A stretch of DNA of 34,402 nt, taken from IMG/VR virus record IMGVR_UViG_3300043218_000071, positions 1 to 34,402 of that record; one strand, given 5' to 3'. The stretch's first letter is position 1. Each line of letters starts with the position of its first letter. Under the pieces are notes generated by a model. It ran no database searches. It was given only the letters and a program-made list of their open reading frames with translations, and had not been told where the DNA came from. This document shows positions 27,465-34,402 of the stretch, in pieces. The translations under genes and the position numbers were made by a program. Source of the stretch: a virus (taxonomy: Duplodnaviria; Caudoviricetes).

Positions 27465-28913
27465 TTATATTCCTCTGACGTACACTATTTCCGCTACTGA
27501 AGCAATTTCGAACCAGAGTCGTAACACAAAACCGTCAGCTAAATCCGAGGAACCGCCCAGGGATTTTTTCAGGTCTTTTTTAGGTGTTATTTTCTTCGGT
27601 GCGTCGATACCGTCCGTAACGTCTTTTATTAAACTTAATTCCCTCTTAAATCTATCTTTTAATTTAGAATCTGTCAAAACGACGCGGATTTTGTCCTCGT
27701 TCACCATTTCGGACATTCTAAAATAGACCTGGTCTTTTATACTGTTGTAATTTTCGCCCTGTTTCGCCTTCTCCTGGTTCATAAATGGGACATAACTTCC
27801 CATGTCCACGACTCCGCCTCCGAGTCCATCCTGGTCACAGAGTATTCGGGATATCGGGATATTATGCTTCAGGCGAACTTTTTCGATCGTCTCGTATACT
27901 TTTTTCAGGCCCTTCGGTTTCCCGGTGGTGGGGTCCTTCTCCAAAAGGTCTACATTTCTAAGCGTTTTTACGAGAGTGGCCTTCCACCCGTGCCAGAGCC
28001 AAATCGAGGAAGAGTCCTTCCCGAATCTCGCGATATCCGCTGTAATGTACTTTTTACCGGACCCGTGGACGAAGGCATTCGAGAACATATTGTCGACGCC
28101 TTCCTGTTCGAACAGTTTCGAGGGGTCGTCGTCGTACTCAAAATTACCATAAATGTAGCGCTGTATTAATTTGTCGTTCTCTGTCGAAAGTAACTTATCG
28201 ACCCACGGCTGAACCGATGGATGGGGGTTATCAGTAGGAAGGGCGATAATAAAACGGCGCTCCGGGATCTCTTCCCCGTCTCTGTATGGCTGCCAGTATC
28301 TTTCATAAACATGACCTTTATCTGGGTTAAAAGTTTCGAGCATAGCGCCCGGTAAGTCGTAGGTGTCATTATTTCGCCACCCGCAGCGCCCAGAGAGCAC
28401 GTCTATACCGTCCCTGTCCACTTCATTGGATTCGTCAATCGCGCCGCCTGTGAACTCGTATCCGCCCAAACGGGTGAACTCCGGGTCCGATCCTGTCGCC
28501 ATGTCCAGGAAGAAGATATCAGAGAGGTTTAAAAAGGTGATTACCTGGTCCTGTTGGTTATACCGGTAATCTTCCCCCTTTACAAGTCCGTAGAATCGGA
28601 ACAGTCGGAGCAACGTTTTTACAGCTGTTAATCGAAGCCGCTTCAGCTCTTTTCGGGCTAAAAACCACCCGGTGTCCGCATATGCTAAAGCGCTCATTGT
28701 CACCCAGAACGCTTCGACCAGGGTTTTTCCGCCACGGGCCGCCCCGCCATATCCGACAGAAGACATTCCGTGTTGGTGCAACAGTTCAACCGCTTCGACC
28801 TGTTTCGGGGTCAGGAAATAGTATTCGCCGGTGTTCGAGTTACGACCGATCGGGATTTTCCCATAGTCGCCGCGCTTGAACTGCTCGATATATATTTCTG
28901 TACTATGCTTCAC
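27465..28913 (-). CDS. terL: Terminase large subunit
   Basis: LTPKQ; Walker A GGAARGGKT; Walker B AIDE; TFNP; RNase H-like TADIARFGKD...DQDGLG...SSDLADG. Confidence 0.95.
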   Translation of the reverse strand: MKHSTEIYIEQFKRGDYGKIPIGRNSNTGEYYFLTPKQVEAVELLHQHGMSSVGYGGAARGGKTLVEAFWVTMSALAYADTGWFLARKELKRLRLTAVKTLLRLFRFYGLVKGEDYRYNQQDQVITFLNLSDIFFLDMATGSDPEFTRLGGYEFTGGAIDESNEVDRDGIDVLSGRCGWRNNDTYDLPGAMLETFNPDKGHVYERYWQPYRDGEEIPERRFIIALPTDNPHPSVQPWVDKLLSTENDKLIQRYIYGNFEYDDDPSKLFEQEGVDNMFSNAFVHGSGKKYITADIARFGKDSSSIWLWHGWKATLVKTLRNVDLLEKDPTTGKPKGLKKVYETIEKVRLKHNIPISRILCDQDGLGGGVVDMGSYVPFMNQEKAKQGENYNSIKDQVYFRMSEMVNEDKIRVVLTDSKLKDRFKRELSLIKDVTDGIDAPKKITPKKDLKKSLGGSSDLADGFVLRLWFEIASVAEIVYVRGI

Positions 28914-29547
28914 CGTCTTCCAGGGTTCGGATGTCCGCCGCCCGCTGTGCGAGTTCTGCGTTCGACATTTGTGACGCTTCGCCGGAGAAAGAGCCGCCGT
29001 TATTCTTCATATCGATCGTCGATTTATCTGACCAGTTGTCAGGGTCGCGATTATTGAGCCAGTACTGGACCATGCGAGGGTTCGGGGGGATATACTCTGT
29101 TACGGTGTGTCTTTCGACGTCTGAACCCATTCCCATTCCCAGAGGAACAGAGATCAGTTTCTCCGTTTTTATCTTGAATCCGGTCGCGCTTTTATACGCA
29201 CTATTTACGACATTCAGGTTCCCGAATATCTTCCCGCCCCGTGTCATAGCGCCGAAACGGGGGTACTTCTTTTTCCATGCGGTAATCGTAGAGGGGACAA
29301 CGGCGAAGGCTTCCGCCAGGCCTTTATCTGTGGCCCCGGCTCGACATAATTCATATGCTACCTGGGCGTATTCCGGGCGATACACCATGTCGGGGTTCTC
29401 TTTTCCGGAGGCGTCGCGGCCGTCCTTCGCCAGGGATTCAGCTATACTTAAATATTTCTTTTCGTCTCCGAAGTGGTATCCAGATTGTTCGTCCGCTTCG
29501 AATTCCATGGGTTCGAGGTCGTAAAATTCTTCCAGTTCGTCTTCCAT
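28903..29547 (-). CDS. terS: Terminase small subunit
   Basis: YRPEYA...GATDKGLAEAFAV..STITAWKKKYPRF HTH; YWLNNRDPDNWSDK; directly upstream of terL. Confidence 0.85.
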   Translation of the reverse strand: MEDELEEFYDLEPMEFEADEQSGYHFGDEKKYLSIAESLAKDGRDASGKENPDMVYRPEYAQVAYELCRAGATDKGLAEAFAVVPSTITAWKKKYPRFGAMTRGGKIFGNLNVVNSAYKSATGFKIKTEKLISVPLGMGMGSDVERHTVTEYIPPNPRMVQYWLNNRDPDNWSDKSTIDMKNNGGSFSGEASQMSNAELAQRAADIRTLEDGEA

Positions 29548-29566
29548 AATTTCACCGATTTTTAAA

Positions 29567-29656
29567 TGAAAAGAACCGGGATACTAGGCATAGGACACGC
29601 CGTTCACCCGGTTCGATGGCCGCGAAACTTTTTACACGCCCCGCAGCCGGCGTGCT
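29567..29656 (-). terminator. Structured intergenic RNA: two hairpins, the second terminator-like with a bulged-G-type internal loop
   Basis: GCACGCC/GGCGUGU hairpin; GAACCGGG-UGAAC-GGCGU-GUCCU-AUGCC-UAGUAU-CCCGGUUC-UUUU. Confidence 0.6.
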
Positions 29657-29659
29657 TTA

Positions 29660-30238
29660 CTATGCTATTGTGAGAGTGAGCACTTTTCCGTTATGGAGAA
29701 CGAGAGCTTCGCCCTTCAGGAAGTCAACCGAAGCAACAGGTCCGAGTGTAGCCCATTTGCCGTTCACGTGACCAGGTACGTTCGAAACGTTCCCGCCGAT
29801 TGAAGCACCTTTCGCAAGGTTGCCGCGAACCACGGTGTTTCTGATCACAGAAGGGACAGGAACTTTTATCGTGCCACCGTTACCAGGTGTTTTCGGTATG
29901 TTCTGAGGGTTCACAGCGTCAACGGTTTCACTCGCTTTTGACACGTTCTCTTCGTCTGCTTCGTCCGCTTCCGGCTGCGCCTGGTCTTCACATTCCACGA
30001 CCGCGGTCATTGTGTCGTCCATTTCGATCGAAGTCGAACCGCATGTGTCCGAATCTTTTGTGCAATTGTCGCACATGTGAACGGGTTCACGGTGAGACGA
30101 CTCTGAATGGGCGTTCCCGTCCTTCTCCGCGAGTTCGAGCATAACTTTAAGCTGTGGTACTGTTCGCCCTTCGACTACCGCTTCCGGGTCGATTTTGTGG
30201 ATCGCTGCGATGTACCCTTTTTTATCTAATTTTGCCAT
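29660..30238 (-). CDS. Hypothetical multidomain protein with a Cys cluster (192 aa)
   Basis: AAGGA SD; TVPQLK helical N-domain; CxxC-x6-C...C; beta C-domain. Confidence 0.75.
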   Translation of the reverse strand: MAKLDKKGYIAAIHKIDPEAVVEGRTVPQLKVMLELAEKDGNAHSESSHREPVHMCDNCTKDSDTCGSTSIEMDDTMTAVVECEDQAQPEADEADEENVSKASETVDAVNPQNIPKTPGNGGTIKVPVPSVIRNTVVRGNLAKGASIGGNVSNVPGHVNGKWATLGPVASVDFLKGEALVLHNGKVLTLTIA

Positions 30239-30256
30239 GGTATTATCCTTTGGTTT

Positions 30257-30682
30257 CTATGGTTGAATTCTTCCGAATAACTTTTCGGTAAATGTTGCTT
30301 TATAAATATAATTACTTTTTGCGGAATGAAGGAAACTTCCTACTGGGTGTAAATCCATTTCATACCGTGGAATGTGCCTAATTAAGTAGTATTCCGCCCG
30401 GTCGTTCGTGTTCCCCAGGGTGTTATCGACGTACGTCTTCCCGTCGGTATTCACGAAATGGATACACGGACCGCTGTTCTGGAAGTAATACCAGACCATC
30501 GCGATTCCCTCGTTTTCGGTCTTTTTCGCTTCGTGATACGCGTTATTGTGACACTCGTAATTGATGCGACATGCCCCAGGTTCGACTTTTATCTGAGGGA
30601 AAAGGGTCGTAATTTCGTTCTCGATACGATCTTTATATCGCCGGGTGAAATGGCCTATTTCGAATAGTATTGGGTAATTCAC
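30257..30682 (-). CDS. Hypothetical protein with a possible Cys-His-Asp triad
   Basis: ECHNNA...IHFVN...YVDNT; GTGA coupling with GGAGG SD. Confidence 0.7.
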   Translation of the reverse strand: MNYPILFEIGHFTRRYKDRIENEITTLFPQIKVEPGACRINYECHNNAYHEAKKTENEGIAMVWYYFQNSGPCIHFVNTDGKTYVDNTLGNTNDRAEYYLIRHIPRYEMDLHPVGSFLHSAKSNYIYKATFTEKLFGRIQP

Positions 30683-30972
30683 GATTTCCCCTCCCGTATA
30701 AACATTCGTTCCCGGTATCCGCGGCGACCGCCCCCGCAGATATGCGTCATTTCAGTCCGTTTCGTGGTCTTACACTCTACGATATTGATGGTCCCGTCCT
30801 CTTTATGATACGCGCGCATTTCGACCCCGACGTCGCCCTCTTTTGAACCCATATCGACGGATATGAACTCCCGGACACGTTTCCCTTTTAGTGAGTCCAG
30901 GACCCACGAATCCCACTGGGGCGGGGTCACGAACATCAGCCTTCCGACCGCTTTTCTCTGTAAAAATGTCAT
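30679..30972 (-). CDS. Hypothetical protein
   Basis: ATGA overlap at 30969-30972 (MTFLQRK) is preferred over the track's start at 31014. Confidence 0.6.
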   Translation of the reverse strand: MTFLQRKAVGRLMFVTPPQWDSWVLDSLKGKRVREFISVDMGSKEGDVGVEMRAYHKEDGTINIVECKTTKRTEMTHICGGGRRGYRERMFIREGKS

Positions 30973-31232
30973 ACCTCTACCCCCTGGACACCTTCTAATA
31001 TCTCTCTGATACACCCCTCAAGGTACGTCAGGGCTTCTTTTTTCGCTTCGTCTAGCGTTTTACTCTCTAACTTTTTAGCTGTAAAGAACGAATAAGAACT
31101 GGCGAACCATTCGTCCGGGCCATGTCCGACGTACCCATGGACGCAGAGTTTACACCCTGGCGTCTCTAGGTCCGAAGCACATGGTTTTTCGTCTGTGTAG
31201 AACCTTTTCCGGTCCTTCCATTTGGCCGCCAT
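30969..31232 (-). CDS. Hypothetical protein (87 aa)
   Basis: TAATG coupling; LESKTLDEAKKEAL motif common in small phage proteins. Confidence 0.7.
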   Translation of the reverse strand: MAAKWKDRKRFYTDEKPCASDLETPGCKLCVHGYVGHGPDEWFASSYSFFTAKKLESKTLDEAKKEALTYLEGCIREILEGVQGVEV

Positions 31233-31585
31233 TACGAACCCCCACCTTTGCAGAGCTTCGTCAGGTGCGCCCGGTCCAATTGAATTCGGGCTATAAGTGC
31301 GATAACATGATCCACGTTTATATTAACATTCTGACCCGGTTTCACGTGGGACGAATGGATATTATTTAATACCTGTTTCACCAGGTGCTCGGACGCGGGC
31401 TGCGCGTGTGTTACGTCTATCATAGGTTTCCCCTGTTGTAATTTAATGCTCAATTCGTTTTCCTCTTTACTCTGATTACTGAATATCACGACTGCGATAA
31501 ATGCTACTATTAGGCATACCCCGATGATAAGCTCGGCGAACGGGTCCCACACGGTGTGTTCGTTAAACTCCGGGAGGTCGTTCAT
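31232..31585 (-). CDS. Single-pass membrane protein
   Basis: TAATG-coupled start at 31585 (MNDLP); TM segment LIIGVCLIVAFIAVVIF. Confidence 0.65.
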   Translation of the reverse strand: MNDLPEFNEHTVWDPFAELIIGVCLIVAFIAVVIFSNQSKEENELSIKLQQGKPMIDVTHAQPASEHLVKQVLNNIHSSHVKPGQNVNINVDHVIALIARIQLDRAHLTKLCKGGGS

Positions 31586-32640
31586 TAAAACACCCCGTTC
31601 TGTTTGAGTACAATATACGTTGTCGCCGCGAGAACGTATAAAACCTGAGCCCATTTAGCTAGGACATTTATCTTAGGTTCTGAAGCCGTCTTCAGGGTGA
31701 TCAGTTCGCCTTGTATAATCGTAGACGGGGCCGCGGCTTTGGCCGCTAGGACCTTGTTAGCATGATTACTTGCATCTAGTCGTCTGTTGAGGTCCAGGTT
31801 CGCTTCGTTAACCCTCGCGCTATGTCTACGCGTGGACGAGAGTTCCTCCAGGGCGATTTTCAGTTTCTCGTTCAGGTATTCCGTCGGAGTCGCTACGCCA
31901 GGGGGGAGCATTTCCCCCGCGATACCACCTTCAGCGAATTTAATCGGGTGCGAATTTTTCATAGTTTCGACCATCTTTTTCGCGACCTGTCGACACGATT
32001 CGTCAAATAGACGTTTAGACTTATTCTCCTGACATTCCTCGCAGAGTATTCTACTTCCCGACTGTGGCGCGATAGCCTCGTTAACCTCTTTACAGTCGGG
32101 ACATTCTATCTTATCAGACCCACGCGTTTCGTTCATTCGCGATATGATCTGTTCGACCGTCAGGACTTCTATTCCGAGGGAATTCGCCTTCGTGAGCTTC
32201 GACCCCGCGTCCCTTCCTACGATAAGCGCCGTTAACTTTTTCGTGACTGCGGAGGTACACTTCCCGCCGTTTTTCTGTATCTGAAGGCGAAGGGTCTGAC
32301 GGCTTATTCCGAGTATCCCAGAGAACGCGAAGGTCTTCCCGTATAAAGTCCCCTCTTTGTACCCTTTTGCCTCTTCAAGCCTCTTTTTGATCTCTTCTTC
32401 CGCCCGGATTTCGTACCCCGTTTTCTCCGGCTGAACCTTTGACACCTGAACGCACTCTGTGTGTAACGTTATGCTTTTCCCGTCCGACTCTCTCCTGACG
32501 AACACCTTTCCGGTGCCCCGAACGTCCGCAGCCTCGTGGTATGTTATGTACCCACGGAAACCTTTAATACCCTGGTCCATACCGATATACTCAACTTCCA
32601 AATGTTCTAACTGTGCCGCGACTGCCTCTGATAATCTCAT
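31585..32640 (-). CDS. BRCT-domain protein with Zn ribbon, coiled coil and hydrophobic C-terminal tail
   Basis: LYGKTFAFSG...SRQ...GGKCTSAVTKKLTALIVGRDAGSKLTKANSLGIEVL matches the LigA-type BRCT; CPDC-x15-CEEC. Confidence 0.85.
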   Translation of the reverse strand: MRLSEAVAAQLEHLEVEYIGMDQGIKGFRGYITYHEAADVRGTGKVFVRRESDGKSITLHTECVQVSKVQPEKTGYEIRAEEEIKKRLEEAKGYKEGTLYGKTFAFSGILGISRQTLRLQIQKNGGKCTSAVTKKLTALIVGRDAGSKLTKANSLGIEVLTVEQIISRMNETRGSDKIECPDCKEVNEAIAPQSGSRILCEECQENKSKRLFDESCRQVAKKMVETMKNSHPIKFAEGGIAGEMLPPGVATPTEYLNEKLKIALEELSSTRRHSARVNEANLDLNRRLDASNHANKVLAAKAAAPSTIIQGELITLKTASEPKINVLAKWAQVLYVLAATTYIVLKQNGVF

Positions 32641-33320
32641 TATCTACCCCCACGATTAACGATCAATCTCAGACCTTCGAATGTCATTATATCGATACCG
32701 CGTTCGCTTGCTTCGGCTGCGAAGTTCCCTGGGTGCTTCCCCACAAGAACGACGTTTACATGGTCCCCCAGGGTGCACGCTACGGCGCCGCCGTGGTTCT
32801 TTATTATCTCTTTAACCTTGACACCGTTGTCCGGGAAGCTTCCGGAGAGTGCGAAAGTTTTTCCGAAGAGAACGCCGACGGGCGGGCATGGTGTAATCTG
32901 GTCCTTTGCGGCTTCGCAGCACTGACAGTCCTCTTCAGGTTCGTTCAACCGCTCGACGTCAGAGTCGGGATTAAGGAGGTCCCACACGGCGTCCGTTAAT
33001 TTTCTAACTAGTGAAGGCGAATGGATCGACAGTGCGACGTTCATTTTCGCCTGGACAGGGTACACGTTAACCTTACCAATGGCCTCAGCGATTCCCGTTT
33101 TTGTGAAGTTGTCTATAAAGGTCTGCCCGTCTTTCACGATACGAACTAAATCGTCGTTGCATTTTTCCGCGATTTCGAGGCGCTTCAGAACTCCGGCTAA
33201 AGTGCGCACGCTGAACACAGCTTTTTCCTTAGTCCTCAATGATGTGCTCGTCCTTAAAAATTCGACTTCTACGGATGTCGCCGCGGGTACGTTCTCAAAT
33301 ACTTCGTTGAAATTTTCCAT
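32640..33320 (-). CDS. BRCT-domain protein (C-terminal BRCT)
   Basis: LFGKTFALSGSF...IIKNHGGAV...VNVVLVGKHPG...ASERGIDIMT; AGGA SD. Confidence 0.8.
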   Translation of the reverse strand: MENFNEVFENVPAATSVEVEFLRTSTSLRTKEKAVFSVRTLAGVLKRLEIAEKCNDDLVRIVKDGQTFIDNFTKTGIAEAIGKVNVYPVQAKMNVALSIHSPSLVRKLTDAVWDLLNPDSDVERLNEPEEDCQCCEAAKDQITPCPPVGVLFGKTFALSGSFPDNGVKVKEIIKNHGGAVACTLGDHVNVVLVGKHPGNFAAEASERGIDIMTFEGLRLIVNRGGR

Positions 33321-33353
33321 TGTGTTGTCCTATTTATGTTGTTTAGTATTCAG

Positions 33354-33383
33354 AATGTAACAAAAGTTTTTGTTTCCGTGCAA
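33354..33383 (-). promoter_or_regulatory. Promoter of the BRCT operon, with operator palindrome (33359-33374) in the spacer
   Basis: TTGCAC, 18-nt spacer, TACATT preceded by TGn (extended -10); AACAAAA-GT-TTTTGTT. Confidence 0.6.
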
Positions 33384-33463
33384 CTTTTTTACCCTTCAGC
33401 CGTTTTTAATTCCGGGGGACCTACCCACACGGAAACAGCAATATAATCATACTTTTACCCGTT

Positions 33464-33792
33464 TGTTACACTGTTACACCACTGTTACAGCCATGTTACA
33501 CCACTCCCCCAGAGGTGTCACAGCACCCAAAGCTAATAGCAGCAACACGTTACACGCCCACTGTTACACCTGTTGCACCAAAACGGCTAAATTCATTAGA
33601 GTATATATTTTACGTTTATAAAGTAACCCTAAAATATACCCCTCTACTTTAAAAAGTAAAATATATACGACAAATACCTTAAATAGGTGTAACAGTGTAA
33701 CACTCCCCCCGTAAGTACCTTTATTATATGATCTTAAATGCTGTGACACCTCTAGAAAACAGGTGTAACATTAGGTGTAACAGGGTGTAACA
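33464..33792. repeat. Inverted iteron arrays around an AT-rich core: putative replication origin
   Basis: Seven TGTTACAC-like copies on the left, five GTGTAACA on the right, perfect 15-bp inverted repeat at 33511-33525 / 33739-33753. Confidence 0.85.
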
Positions 33793-33808
33793 AAAACCCA
33801 AATACCAC

Positions 33809-33837
33809 AAAAAAAGGCCTGAAAACGTTCAGACCTT
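33809..33837 (-). terminator. Rho-independent terminator after the primase-helicase gene
   Basis: AAGGUCUGAA-CGUU-UUCAGGCCUU followed by UUUUU. Confidence 0.8.
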
Positions 33838-33863
33838 AATTAATTGTTGTTGTTTTGAATTTG

Positions 33864-34402
33864 TTAGCTGACGTAGTTTTCTTTCAGTTCTTCGGTCGAA
33901 TATTTACGTTTTTCCAGGACCCACAGTCTTTTTTGCTTCCCTTCCACCCGGAGAACGCCTTTTGTGAACCCACGGCCCCGCAATAATTTTATAAGCTGAC
34001 GTTCATTCACATCGGTTTCCAGAGGGTCCCCGCTGCTTCTGAGCAATTCTTCTTCCAGTGTGTGAAGGGTCATAGCTTTCCCCGCGCCACCGCTCGCCAG
34101 GTATTCAGCGAACAGAACTTCCGTGTCCGACTGCATACGTTCAACTGTATTTCTCTTATAATCGGTCATAGGTGCGTATGTGAAATTAAAGTCCTTCAGA
34201 TTCCGTCGCATAAGAAAGCCCTTTAGCTGCGATAGATTTTCGCGACTTTCCTTCCAATTATACAGCGCGTCGTAATACGCTTTTTTCTGTAAAAAATTGG
34301 GGCCTTCTATGGTATATATCCGGCGATCGTTCTCCGTGAGGACCAGGGCGTCTTCGTGGTTACTCATAAAGAAAAAATTGGTGTATATCCGCTGCGTCTT
34401 CT
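33864..34402 (-). CDS. Primase-associated SF3 helicase, C-terminal part (5' end outside the window)
   Basis: Frame open to the window edge; YTNFFFMSNHEDAL...DRR motif C and arginine finger; AP.T..K; winged-helix-like C-terminus. Confidence 0.8.
   Translation of the reverse strand, partial: KTQRIYTNFFFMSNHEDALVLTENDRRIYTIEGPNFLQKKAYYDALYNWKESRENLSQLKGFLMRRNLKDFNFTYAPMTDYKRNTVERMQSDTEVLFAEYLASGGAGKAMTLHTLEEELLRSSGDPLETDVNERQLIKLLRGRGFTKGVLRVEGKQKRLWVLEKRKYSTEELKENYVS

Larger units (their letters stand above)
1..34402. mobile_element. Tailed dsDNA bacteriophage (siphovirus-like), near-complete genome fragment
   Basis: Ordered terminase-portal-head-tail-lysis module plus APSE-type replication module; no host housekeeping genes in the window; no sheath gene. 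Confidence 0.97.

Noticed and set aside
17153-29524. Long antisense ORFs such as 17153..17686, 22651..23073, 23517..23963 and 28931..29524
   Set aside because: Shadows of real genes on the opposite strand, mostly Ser/Phe-rich, with no SD or motifs
29548-29659. tRNA gene
   Set aside because: Contains GGTTCGA on the plus strand but no cloverleaf or acceptor stem can be built
31921-31941. FAEGG motif in the BRCT protein resembling tape-measure FAxGG motifs
   Set aside because: Five residues with no wider similarity; may be chance
31585-33320. Split or decayed NAD-dependent DNA ligase
   Set aside because: No KxDG adenylation, OB-fold or HhH motifs seen; both ORFs are intact and coupled
33464-33792. 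CRISPR array or mini-array
   Set aside because: Repeats are only 8 bp, irregularly spaced and inverted between arms, with no spacer-sized regular period
1-34402. Stop-codon reassignment, introns or inteins
   Set aside because: Core genes are uninterrupted under the standard code, TAA/TAG/TGA all end coupled genes, and no intein or homing-endonuclease motifs were seen

Overview
The window is most of a tailed dsDNA phage genome, siphovirus-like because it has tail tube and tape measure genes but no sheath. It is cut at both ends inside minus-strand genes. Layout: (i) short leftward early genes and a divergent sigma70-type promoter pair (994-1085); (ii) a rightward APSE-type replication module (acidic protein, Cas4-like DUF2800 nuclease, DUF2815 SSB, Leu762-type family A DNA polymerase, VRR-NUC, SNF2 helicase); (iii) a long minus-strand late region (terminase small/large, portal, gp7-like head protein, scaffold, major capsid, neck, tail tube, frameshifted chaperones, tape measure, tail tip/fibre genes, lysis genes), split by a 1.6 kb plus-strand cassette of small genes ending in a lipoprotein; (iv) a minus-strand early operon led by two tandem LigA-type BRCT-domain proteins; (v) a mirror-symmetric iteron array (probable origin) next to the 3' part of a primase-helicase gene. 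The most notable items are the BRCT pair, the origin, a large RNA structure just 3' of the tail-chaperone slippery site, a bulged-G (loop E) terminator-like RNA before the terminase genes, a shared 16-bp operator palindrome and a PLA2-like gene in the lysis cassette. No integrase, canonical repressor, tRNA or CRISPR array was seen. All family assignments come from motif recognition by eye, not from database searches.
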